A stretch of DNA of 64,000 bases from Deltaproteobacteria bacterium (GTDB lineage: Bacteria; Myxococcota; Kuafuiibacteriia; Kuafuiibacteriales; Kuafuiibacteriaceae), in NCBI GenBank assembly GCA_040218735.1, contig JAVJQW010000061.1, forward strand, positions 1 to 64,000. The letters run 5' to 3'. The translations under genes were made by a program, and so were the position numbers. A model generated the notes under the pieces. The model did no database searches. It saw nothing but the letters and a program-made list of their open reading frames with translations, and was not told the DNA's origin. Shown here one piece after another: positions 44,054-52,806 of the stretch. Position 1 is the stretch's first letter. Each line of letters opens with the position of its first letter.

Positions 44054-45496
44054 TCAATCCCCGAGGCAGATGCCCCCGGCGTTCGGGTCCATCGTCACGT
44101 CCACGCAGCGCGCTCCGTTCGAGGGGAGGCCGAGGCTCATCAGCAGGCCTCCGCAGAAGCCGGCGTCGCCGACGGCGCAACCCGCGAGGCAGGCGGCCTG
44201 GCCGTTGCCCGCGGGGACGCAGGTCGTGCCGTCGGGGCATTGCGCGAAGCCGAAGTCGCTCTGGCCGCAGTCGCCGCCCTGTTGGTTGACGGTCTCGTCA
44301 TTGCCGAGGCCGGTGGGCGCGAGCAGCGGCGTGCGGCGGTCGACGCAGAGGCCGGCGTCCTCGAGAAACTGCGCGCAGACGCGGCCGGTGCCGAGGGGGC
44401 CGGGCTCGCCGCAGGTGTCCGGGAAGTTGTTGCAGTTGCCCGACATGCAGATGCCGTCGCCGTTCTGGAGCAGGCCCTCCTCGCAGTAGTACGGGTTCGT
44501 GGCGGACTGCGAGCGGCACGGGGTCTGGGCGTTGCAGATCTCCATGCACAGGCCTTCGTCCTGCGCGCCGATCAGGACGCAGAACACATCGCCGTCGGCG
44601 TTGCGATCGCAGCGACGCGTGAGGCCCGGGCCGTCGTCCGGGCTGGCGGCGCACCACGAGCCCGAGCCGAGGCGGCCGACGGAGCAGACCCCCGTGTCGT
44701 CGGGGAAGAGGGGGTTGCAGTACGGGAGCGGCGCCACGCAGGCGGGCAGGCCGGGGCCGCAGAGCTGGAGGCACGCGCCTTCGTCGGGGTGGACGTCTTC
44801 GAGGAGAGACTGCACGCACGTCGATCCGACCTCGCAGCCGACCATGTTGACGCCGGTGCGCACGGGCGCGCCGGGGAGGCGTGAGCGGGTCTGGCGTCCG
44901 GCGCCGCAGTACTGATCGTCGGGCGCGAGCTGGTCGACGCAGATACGCGGCACGCCGACGTCGGCCAGCTTGACGTACGCGGCGGTGCAGCGTCGACCGA
45001 TGCCGCAATCGCCGTCGGTGTTGCAGGGGCGGACGCAGGACTGCACCGGACCGGTGAGCTCGCCCTGGCGCCCGGAGAGCAGGTCCCACGGGGCGCACAG
45101 GAGGCTCGCGTCGCAGTCGTCGCGCGCGAGCGCGTTGCCGTCGAATGACGAGCTGCACGCACAGCCCTCCATCCCGTCGAAGCAGCGGTTGGGATCGAGC
45201 GGACAGTCCGGCGCGCAGTTGACGAGGTCTTCGCCCTGCGCCCGGTCGCAGATGCCGTTGCCGCAGAGGGGCCCCGCGGGGCCGGCGTCGCGGACGACGA
45301 CGACGCCGCTGTCGCGCACGCCCACCGGTCCGCCGTCGCGAATGACTCCGCCGACGCCGCTGTCCCGAATGCCGACGACGATCCCCGCGTCGCCGCCGGT
45401 GTTGTCGTTGCGCAGGAACTTAGGGATGCCGCGTCCGCCGCAGGCGACGGAGGTCGAGGCGATGACGAGGAGACCGAAGAGTGCGCGGCGGGACAT
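44054..45496 (-). CDS. Cys-rich lipoprotein, array paralog 3 (most divergent)
   Basis: STSVAC lipobox; CGNGIC...NC..DC; shares PWD, PDEGAC, PYCNP, CSVGRLG and CVDR with its neighbours. Confidence 0.85.
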   Translation of the reverse strand: MSRRALFGLLVIASTSVACGGRGIPKFLRNDNTGGDAGIVVGIRDSGVGGVIRDGGPVGVRDSGVVVVRDAGPAGPLCGNGICDRAQGEDLVNCAPDCPLDPNRCFDGMEGCACSSSFDGNALARDDCDASLLCAPWDLLSGRQGELTGPVQSCVRPCNTDGDCGIGRRCTAAYVKLADVGVPRICVDQLAPDDQYCGAGRQTRSRLPGAPVRTGVNMVGCEVGSTCVQSLLEDVHPDEGACLQLCGPGLPACVAPLPYCNPLFPDDTGVCSVGRLGSGSWCAASPDDGPGLTRRCDRNADGDVFCVLIGAQDEGLCMEICNAQTPCRSQSATNPYYCEEGLLQNGDGICMSGNCNNFPDTCGEPGPLGTGRVCAQFLEDAGLCVDRRTPLLAPTGLGNDETVNQQGGDCGQSDFGFAQCPDGTTCVPAGNGQAACLAGCAVGDAGFCGGLLMSLGLPSNGARCVDVTMDPNAGGICLGD

Positions 45497-45632
45497 GTCG
45501 TGTATTCGTCGCAGCACTGTTCGTTCCGGACAAGCCCGCCTGCGGGTTCGCGTCACGGCGGGGGCCGGCGTGCGGCGCGGGTGTCGCGGGTGTCGCGGGG
45601 CGATCGAAACAATCAGCCGGCGCAGAAGCCGG

Positions 45633-45806
45633 ATCCGGATCCTCGGACCACATCGCGAGGGAGCCGAAGCCGAGTCGACCGACGCTGCACAGGCCCGACG
45701 GTGAGGTGTCGACGGTGACGCCAAGCGGGTTGCAGTACGGGAACGCCGGCGGACACTCGGTATCGCCCTCGCGTCCGCGCGGCTACACGCAGACCCGTTC
45801 GTCGGA
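45633..45806 (-). pseudogene. Isolated internal fragment of a fourth Cys-rich paralog
   Basis: Translates to SDERVCV*PRGREGDTECPPAFPYCNPLGVTVDTSPSGLCSVGRLGFGSLAMWSEDPD; in-frame TAG at 45783-45785; no signal peptide. Confidence 0.8.
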
Positions 45807-45828
45807 GCCCGAACCAGCGTCTCCTCAC

Positions 45829-47250
45829 TCAGTCTCCTCCGCACAGCCCCACGACCGTGCTCGTGCCGGTCATGACACACCCGGCGTTCGTCGTCCCGAG
45901 GCCGAGCGCGGTGTGGGCGTCTTCGCAGTACGTCGGATCTTCCTGCAACAGACAACCGGTCAGGCAGAGCCCGCCGCCCTGGCCGTCGCCGGCGCAGAAG
46001 GACGGCTCGGGGCAGCGGAACACGTCGAGGTCTCGGCCGCAGTTGTCGCCCTGGGTGCTCAGGTTGCCGGCCGAGTCGAACGCGCTCGGGAGGAGCAGCG
46101 GGTCGAGGCGGTCGACGCACCATCTCGCGGGGATTCCATCGTCCTCTCCGAACTGCACGCCCCACTCGCCGCGGCCGTTGCCGAAGGCGCCGTCGCCGCC
46201 GCAGCTGTCGGGGAAGGCGTCGGTGTCGCTGTGGATGCAGACGCCGTCGCCGGTGTCCGCGTCGAGGACCTGGCAGACGACCGGGTTCGTCGCGTCGGTC
46301 GAGACACACGGCGCGTCGGGCGACGTGCCGCCCTCGTTGCACTCTTCGACACAGAGGAACGCCGGGATGTCGAGCACGTTCAAGTCGAGGACCACGATGT
46401 CCGCCGCCGTGTCGGCGTCGCAGAACGTGGTGAGGCCGGCCGTGTCGTCCGCCTCCGTCCAGTTGCTCGGCGAGCCGAAGCCGAGGCGACCGACGCTGCA
46501 CACCCCCGCGGTCGACGTCCCGACCGCGAGCCCGATCGGGTTGCAGTACGGGAACGCCGCCGGGCACGCCGCGTCGCCGGGGCGACCGCACGGCTGAACG
46601 CACGCGCCCTCGTCCGGATTGAGCGTGTCGAAGAGGTTGAAGCGGCACACCGCGTCGCCCGCGCAGCCGACCTGCGTGCCGCGCGTGCGGAGGCGCGCGC
46701 CCATCGTGTTCACGAGGACCTCGTCGTTCTTGGAGCCGCCGCAGAACGCGTCGAGCTCCGCGAGCTCGTCGACGCAGATGCGACCGACCGAAGCCGACGC
46801 ACCCTCAAAGTCCATGTTCACGCAGTGGCGCGGGTCGCCGCCGACGGTCATGCCGCACTCCGCGTCCGTGGTGCACGGCTTCACGCAGGTCTGGTTCGGG
46901 AGCATGACGTCTTGGCCGCGCTCGGAGAGGACGTCCCACGGGATGCACAGCAGCCCGGCTTCGCAGTCGCCGGCTTCGAACGCCGTGTCGCCCGACGTGA
47001 AGGACGAGGTGCAGTTGCAGCCCTCCTCGCCGGTCGGACACGCCTCGACGATCGGACAGTCGGCCTGGCAGTTCACGAACGACTCGTCCGGCGTGTCGCA
47101 GACGCCATCGCCGCAGTACGGTCCGGCGTCGGGGGTGTCTGCACCGCCGTCGCGGTCGGCGCCGCTGTCGCGCGGCGTGACGTCGGCGGGCTCGTCGCCG
47201 GAGCAGGCGTAGAGGCAGAAGGTGACCAGGAGCAGGGGCGATCGCTTCAT
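45829..47250 (-). CDS. Cys-rich lipoprotein, array paralog 2
   Basis: CLYAC lipobox; highly similar to the 47422-48909 protein along its length. Confidence 0.88.
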   Translation of the reverse strand: MKRSPLLLVTFCLYACSGDEPADVTPRDSGADRDGGADTPDAGPYCGDGVCDTPDESFVNCQADCPIVEACPTGEEGCNCTSSFTSGDTAFEAGDCEAGLLCIPWDVLSERGQDVMLPNQTCVKPCTTDAECGMTVGGDPRHCVNMDFEGASASVGRICVDELAELDAFCGGSKNDEVLVNTMGARLRTRGTQVGCAGDAVCRFNLFDTLNPDEGACVQPCGRPGDAACPAAFPYCNPIGLAVGTSTAGVCSVGRLGFGSPSNWTEADDTAGLTTFCDADTAADIVVLDLNVLDIPAFLCVEECNEGGTSPDAPCVSTDATNPVVCQVLDADTGDGVCIHSDTDAFPDSCGGDGAFGNGRGEWGVQFGEDDGIPARWCVDRLDPLLLPSAFDSAGNLSTQGDNCGRDLDVFRCPEPSFCAGDGQGGGLCLTGCLLQEDPTYCEDAHTALGLGTTNAGCVMTGTSTVVGLCGGD

Positions 47251-47341
47251 GACGTCGCCCTGAGAGTGCAGGACCGGTTCCGCGGGGCGTGCCCTGATGT
47301 TCTGGGCGCCGTTCGGTAGGACGCGATCACCCCAAACGACA

Positions 47342-47409
47342 ACGGCGGCCCGAGGGCCGCCGTCGAAGTTCCAACTTGTGGAAGCGACGGGTGACCCGAA
47401 GGTCACCCG
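47342..47409 (-). terminator. Two tandem hairpins downstream of paralog 1 (stabiliser and/or terminator)
   Basis: Minus strand: CGGGTGACC-TTCG-GGTCACCCG (47388-47409), then ACGGCGGCC-CTCG-GGCCGCCGT followed by TGTCGTTT (47342-47363). Confidence 0.65.
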
Positions 47410-47421
47410 CCCATGCTCACA

Positions 47422-48909
47422 TCAGTCCGCGCCGCAGAGGCCGACGACCGTGCTCGTGCCCGTCATGACACAGCCGGCGTTCGTCGTCCCGAGGCCGAGC
47501 GCCGTGTGCGCGTCCTCGCAGTACGTCGGGTCGTCGATGAGCGAGCAGCCCGTGAGGCAGAGCCCACCGCCCTGGCCGTCGCCGGCGCAGAAGCTGGGCT
47601 CGGGGCAGCGGAACTGGTCGAGACCGGAGCCGCAGTTGTCGCCCTGAGTGCCGAGCATGCCCATCGAGTCGAACGAGCTGACCGCGAGGAGCGTGTTCAG
47701 ACGATCCACGCACCAGTTCGCCGGAATCGGATCCGTCTGACCGAACTGCACGCCCCACTCGCCACGACCGTTGCCGAAGGCGCCGTCGCCGCCGCAGTTG
47801 TCGGGGAACGAGTCCGCGTTGCCGTGCACGCAGACGCCCGAGCCGGTGTCGGCGTCGAGGACGCGGCACTCGACCGGGTTGGTCGCGTCCGTCGAGACGC
47901 AGGGCTCGTCCGGAGTCGTGCCACCCTCGAAGCACTCCTCGACGCAGAGGAACGCGGGGATGTTGATGACGTTCAGGTCGAGGACCACGATGTCGCCCGG
48001 CGCGTCCGCGTCGCAGAACGTGGTGAGGCCGGCCTTGTCCGGGTCCTCGGTCCAGTTGCTGAGCGAGCCGAAGCCGAGGCGACCGACGCTGCAGACGCCC
48101 GCCGTCGAGGTGCCGACGCCGAGGCCGATGTTGTTGCAGTAGGGGTACTCGGTCGGGCACGCCGCATCGCCGGCGCGACCGCAGGGCTGCACGCACGCAC
48201 CCTCGTCGGGGTTGAGCGTGTCGAACAGGTTGAAGCGGCAAACCGCGTCACCCGCGCAGCCGACCTGCTCGTCGCCGGTGAGCACCTGGGCGCCCATCGT
48301 GTTGACGAGGACCTCGGTGTTCTTCGAGCCACCGCAGAACTCGTCGATGCCCGCGAGGCGGTCGACGCAGATGCTGCCGACGGGAGCCGACGAGCCCTGG
48401 AAGTCCATGTTCACGCAGAAGCGCGGGTCACCGTCCTCGGTCATGCCGCAGTCGGCGTCCACGGTGCAGGTCTTCGCGCAGGTCTGGTTCGGGACCATGA
48501 CGTCCGTGCCGCGGTCGGAGATGATGTCCCACGGGACGCAAACGAGGTCCGGATCCTCGTCCGTCAGGCAATCGTCGGCGGCGAACGTCGTGTCGCCCGG
48601 CGTGAAGGAAGAGTTGCACTCGCAGCCTTCCGTGCCGTCTCGGCAGAAGTCGGGGCGCATGCAGTCGGCCGTACAGTTGATGAAGCGCTCACCCCTGTCT
48701 TCCGTGCCATTCGTTCCGTCTTCGCAGATTCCGTCGCCGCAGACCGGGCCGGAGCCGCCGTCCGGAAAGCCGCCGTCACGGCCGGTGCTTCCCGGGCCGG
48801 AGTCTCGAATCATTCCGGTGTCGCCATCGTCATCGTCGCCGCTACACCCGAAGGCGAGGGCGCCGGCCATCGCAAGGGCCAGGGCGCTGTGCATACGCAA
48901 GAGCTTCAT
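47422..48909 (-). CDS. Cys-rich acidic lipoprotein, array paralog 1
   Basis: LAFGC lipobox; 39 Cys by manual count; N-terminal CGDGIC motif resembling myxobacterial disulfide repeats. Confidence 0.88.
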   Translation of the reverse strand: MKLLRMHSALALAMAGALAFGCSGDDDDGDTGMIRDSGPGSTGRDGGFPDGGSGPVCGDGICEDGTNGTEDRGERFINCTADCMRPDFCRDGTEGCECNSSFTPGDTTFAADDCLTDEDPDLVCVPWDIISDRGTDVMVPNQTCAKTCTVDADCGMTEDGDPRFCVNMDFQGSSAPVGSICVDRLAGIDEFCGGSKNTEVLVNTMGAQVLTGDEQVGCAGDAVCRFNLFDTLNPDEGACVQPCGRAGDAACPTEYPYCNNIGLGVGTSTAGVCSVGRLGFGSLSNWTEDPDKAGLTTFCDADAPGDIVVLDLNVINIPAFLCVEECFEGGTTPDEPCVSTDATNPVECRVLDADTGSGVCVHGNADSFPDNCGGDGAFGNGRGEWGVQFGQTDPIPANWCVDRLNTLLAVSSFDSMGMLGTQGDNCGSGLDQFRCPEPSFCAGDGQGGGLCLTGCSLIDDPTYCEDAHTALGLGTTNAGCVMTGTSTVVGLCGAD

Positions 48910-49149
48910 ATCGTGGAGTTTCCCTTTCGCTGTTGAATTACTGGAGCTGGTGATGCGTGTTCCGCCGACTCTGTCCCAGGTTCGACCACTGCGCCTAAAC
49001 GATCGCGGTGGGCGGAGTCAATCTGTCTTTTGACGCCGCGCACACCCCAAGTCATCGCGTTGCATACCAAGTGGTCACGTGCCCTGGCCCACTTTCGTCG
49101 CCCCACGGCGCGTATTGCGCTCCGTCGGGCCGCGTGTTCTTGGGGAAGT

Positions 49150-51375
49150 ATGAATGCAAACCTGGTGATTGCCCTCGCGCTTCTCGGCGAACTCTCCGGC
49201 CCCGTCGTCGGGCGGGCCCCGCAGTCGTTCGTCACGCTCGACGAGCCAACCTGCTACGTTCGTGATCGGCCGCAAGAGGCGCTTGCGCGGCTCCGCAGCC
49301 ACGACGAGGCCCTGCGCTTCCGCCACACACGAGACGGAACGGTCCGAGCGATCAAGGGCACCGACCTCGATCCCGCGGACTGCTTCGCCAACAGCGACAT
49401 CGAGCGAGCGGCGAGGTGCTGGGCGCGCGAACACGCGGACCTGTACGGGGTATCGGCCAAGGCTGACGTCGAAGTCGCGGTCCACAAGCCTGGCCCGGGA
49501 ATGTCAGGCCTGGTCGTTGTCGTTGCGGTGCAGACCGTTTCGGGTACGCGTGTCCGCGGGACACAGCTGTCCTTCTCTCTGAAGGATGGGCATCTGGTGA
49601 GCGTGATCGGCCGACTACGAGACGTCGCGGAGCACGACGGATGTGAGAACGCAGGCCGAGACCTGGATGCGGAGCTCGACCTGGCCACGGGAGCCTGCGT
49701 CGTTGTGCGGCCCGACGACTCCGGGTTCGAGGTCACCTACGACGTTAGCACGGGCAGAGCGATGCATCGCCGTCCGATGCAGCAAAACTCGGAGCAGATC
49801 ATGGGCTGTGGAATCGAGGAGCACATGAAGCAGACCTGGACGAATGCCCTCCCGACCTGCGACGCCTCGTTCAATCCCATCGTGCTCGATACGCTCCCCG
49901 TAGCGCTCCTACCCAGCGGAGTCGCGCAGTGCATACACAGACTTGAGCAACCGGGACGAGGTCCCAAGTCGGTCAGTACGGCTGACAACGGCGGTGCCCC
50001 CGTGAGCATCATCGCCGACTGCGGCGACGAGCCGTTTGCCAACCTCGCGTTCGATCCTGCTTCGGACCACATCAGCTGGGCGGCGGCCGTCTATCTCTTC
50101 TACTCCCGACTTGAGGGTTTCAGAGACGCTTACCTGTGGGGGATGAACGGCTATCCCGGTGCGAACCCCTCCGCCACGTGGCGAATCGAGCAAAACCCAA
50201 ATTTCAGCGGCGTCACGGCGGGCTTCGACTCGACTACGAACGAGAGCAAGATCAACTTCAAGACGCTGTACCGAAGCTCCTCCACCATGATCCACGAGTG
50301 GGGCCACGTCACCGAAGATGCCTACCGAACGAGTCTGACTCTTCCTGCCTGGTGTCCGCTCTTCGGAGAGTCGCTAGCTGAAGAGATGAAGAATAGGTGG
50401 CTGGCCTACCAAGCGGTCCTGGGTAACGCTCCGCCGAAAGCCATTGAGTCAGGTATGGAGATCATCGACGGGGAGTACCGGTACGTCGCCTCAAGTCTTA
50501 GCCACTATCCCGTCGACGCGTGCGATGGAACGGGAGTCTACCACTGCAACGGATCTTCGCAGATCTGTTTCCGTTCGCTCTCGAAGATCATGAACTCACT
50601 GCGGAACAACGTTTGCGGCGAACCGTACGGCTCTTGCCCTTCGCCTTCGACGCCCATCGTTGCAGATCCTACGGCGCCCGAGGCCATCTATGCGGCGGAG
50701 TACGCAGATCACGCGCTCGCCTACGCGATGAGTACGGTGGACCAGACCTTCATCGACGACCGACAGCCTCCACCTTACCCGTTCACGCGAAAGGAAGACG
50801 CGACGTATCACATGTTCTTAGAGCAGATGGTGGAGTTCTATGCACTCAACACTCAGATTACCGTCGGCGACATGAACCGCCTCCACGCCGTGTTCGACCG
50901 CATCGGATTCATCGACACGGGCACACACTGCGACTTGGCCAATAGCTTTCGCCTCCCCGGGTCACGCCTGCCTGCGGCGTGTACCTACAAGTCCGATCTG
51001 TTTATCGAGGCGGAGTCCGGTGCACTCGTCGGGACGTTGCTCAAGGAGGAGGCTTGGCAGAACGGTGCGTCCAGCGACGCGTACGTCAACTTCTGGAGCG
51101 TATCGACCTTGGCGGATCGGGTCGTTGTCGATATCGCCAACGTTCCGCCGGGATCCTACTACGTGCGCCTCCTCGCTCAAACGGGGCTGATGTCGACGAT
51201 GGAAGTCGACGTCAACGGTTCATCGGCATCCGTGCAGATTCCGGTGGGGACGGAGTGGGCTTGGCACGACCTCACCTCACCCCTGTACTTCGGCGGTGAA
51301 GGGACTCTGGAACTGTTCCGGACGGCGGGCGGTGCGACTTCAGTAGACGTTGTCCTCCTCGAACCCGCCGGCTGA
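49150..51375 (+). CDS. Secreted zinc metallopeptidase (M4/M36-like) with C-terminal beta-sandwich
   Basis: Signal-like N-terminus; FTP-like propeptide (QTVSGTRVRG); IHEWGH with downstream GESLAE; CBM-like tail (PGSYYVRL...WAW). Confidence 0.65.
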   Translation: MNANLVIALALLGELSGPVVGRAPQSFVTLDEPTCYVRDRPQEALARLRSHDEALRFRHTRDGTVRAIKGTDLDPADCFANSDIERAARCWAREHADLYGVSAKADVEVAVHKPGPGMSGLVVVVAVQTVSGTRVRGTQLSFSLKDGHLVSVIGRLRDVAEHDGCENAGRDLDAELDLATGACVVVRPDDSGFEVTYDVSTGRAMHRRPMQQNSEQIMGCGIEEHMKQTWTNALPTCDASFNPIVLDTLPVALLPSGVAQCIHRLEQPGRGPKSVSTADNGGAPVSIIADCGDEPFANLAFDPASDHISWAAAVYLFYSRLEGFRDAYLWGMNGYPGANPSATWRIEQNPNFSGVTAGFDSTTNESKINFKTLYRSSSTMIHEWGHVTEDAYRTSLTLPAWCPLFGESLAEEMKNRWLAYQAVLGNAPPKAIESGMEIIDGEYRYVASSLSHYPVDACDGTGVYHCNGSSQICFRSLSKIMNSLRNNVCGEPYGSCPSPSTPIVADPTAPEAIYAAEYADHALAYAMSTVDQTFIDDRQPPPYPFTRKEDATYHMFLEQMVEFYALNTQITVGDMNRLHAVFDRIGFIDTGTHCDLANSFRLPGSRLPAACTYKSDLFIEAESGALVGTLLKEEAWQNGASSDAYVNFWSVSTLADRVVVDIANVPPGSYYVRLLAQTGLMSTMEVDVNGSSASVQIPVGTEWAWHDLTSPLYFGGEGTLELFRTAGGATSVDVVLLEPAG

Positions 51376-51376
51376 G

Positions 51377-52759
51377 TCATCCGCGCAGCTCGAGGATGCG
51401 TTTGTCGATCGACTCCACACGCGCACGTTGGTCGCGCCAGAAGTCCGGATCCTGCTGCTGCTGGAGCGCTTCTACCGACTTCCCCTGCTGCTCCACCCAG
51501 GTGAAGTACTTCTGGTTGTGCCAGCGCTCGCGCACGCCGCGCGTGCCGTCGAGGATCCAGTCCGTGCCCGCGCGGTGGAAGATCTCCACGCGCCGCAGCG
51601 CCGCGTCCCGGTCCTGCTCGCCCTCCGACTGCGCCAACCAGTCGCGCACGGAGGGGTAGCGATCGTAGCCGTCCGTCGCGACGGTCACGACCAGATCGTC
51701 CGGCCCGAGGCCGAAGTGTTTCACCGTCTTGATCGCGCCCAGCACGTTGCAGACGCCGCTCATCCCGAACGTCCCGACCAGCCGCGCCGCCGTCTCCTCC
51801 GAGACGCCGAGGTCGTTCACGAGCACGTCGCCGCCCTCCTGGAGCAGCACCATGCCGCGCACGGTGTCGAGGTCGTCGATGCACATCATCGCGTCCGTGT
51901 TGAACACGTTGTGGACCCACGTGACGTGTTTGTCGCCGATCCCCTCGATGCGGTGCGCGCCGAAGCCGACGTTGTACAGCGTCGGGCACTGGATCGGCTC
52001 GAGCCCGATCGCGAGCGTCCCGTATTTGTCCTTCAGCGGATCCGCCGCCCCGAGCGTCCCCGCGGAGCCCATCGCCGAGACGAACGCCGACACCTTGCCG
52101 CTGCCGATGCCCTGCTTCTCGAGCGACAGCGCGAGCTCCTCCGCCGCCGACGCCGTCACCGTCGCGTGGAAGCGGTAGTTCCCGAACTCGGCGAACTGCT
52201 GGATGATCGCGTTCTTCGGATCCGCGCGCAGCTCCTTCACCTTGTCGTAGATCTCTTTGACGTTCGACTCGCTGCCCGGCGTCTTGATGATCTGCGCGCC
52301 GTACGAACCGATCATCTCGAAGCGCTCCCGAGACATGTCCTCGGGCAACACCACCGTCGACTCGTAACCCATCCGCGGCCCGACCCACGCGCCGCCGATC
52401 CCGAAGTTCCCCGTCGACGGGAACACACACCGATGCTCGCCGGGCACGATCTCGTCGTGCACCTGCTTCTCGATGACGATCGCGTACGCCGGCCCGACCT
52501 TGTGCGCGCCCGTCGGGAACTTCTGCCCGGTGAGCACCGCGATGGGCGTCGACACGCCGGTGATCGCGCTGGGCATCACCAGCGCCGTCACCTCTCCCGC
52601 GTCGTCCTTCCAGTTCAGGTTGTAGAGGTTGACGGGATCCAGCGGATCCTCGCTGCGCGCGACACGCGCCGCCTCACGAACGTTCTCGGCGATCTTCGTC
52701 GGGTCCACCATCTCCGCGAAGGTGGGGCCCCAGACGTACTCGCGCTTCGATTCCGACAC
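51377..52759 (-). CDS. PLP-dependent fold type II enzyme (cysteine synthase-like beta family)
   Basis: FPTGAHKVGPAY, PSTGNFGIGG, LPEDMSRERF, GSAGT, HRIEGIGDKHV. Confidence 0.85.
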   Translation of the reverse strand: MSESKREYVWGPTFAEMVDPTKIAENVREAARVARSEDPLDPVNLYNLNWKDDAGEVTALVMPSAITGVSTPIAVLTGQKFPTGAHKVGPAYAIVIEKQVHDEIVPGEHRCVFPSTGNFGIGGAWVGPRMGYESTVVLPEDMSRERFEMIGSYGAQIIKTPGSESNVKEIYDKVKELRADPKNAIIQQFAEFGNYRFHATVTASAAEELALSLEKQGIGSGKVSAFVSAMGSAGTLGAADPLKDKYGTLAIGLEPIQCPTLYNVGFGAHRIEGIGDKHVTWVHNVFNTDAMMCIDDLDTVRGMVLLQEGGDVLVNDLGVSEETAARLVGTFGMSGVCNVLGAIKTVKHFGLGPDDLVVTVATDGYDRYPSVRDWLAQSEGEQDRDAALRRVEIFHRAGTDWILDGTRGVRERWHNQKYFTWVEQQGKSVEALQQQQDPDFWRDQRARVESIDKRILELRG

Positions 52760-52806
52760 GCGATGTCCCTAACCGCGCCGGGTCCGCGGAGGCAACCCGG
52801 ATTGGG

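Noticed and set aside
45633-45806. Paralog fragment as a DGR template repeat (given a reverse transcriptase near the window start)
   Set aside because: Differences from the intact genes are not adenine-specific and include many synonymous G/C changes. The matched region is mid-gene, and the visible RT tail is tied to group II intron domains V and VI.
44054-48909. Cys-rich paralogs as multiheme cytochromes or TraA orthologs
   Set aside because: No CxxCH motifs, and no recognisable PA14-like domain, MYXO-CTERM tail or adjacent TraB/OmpA gene.
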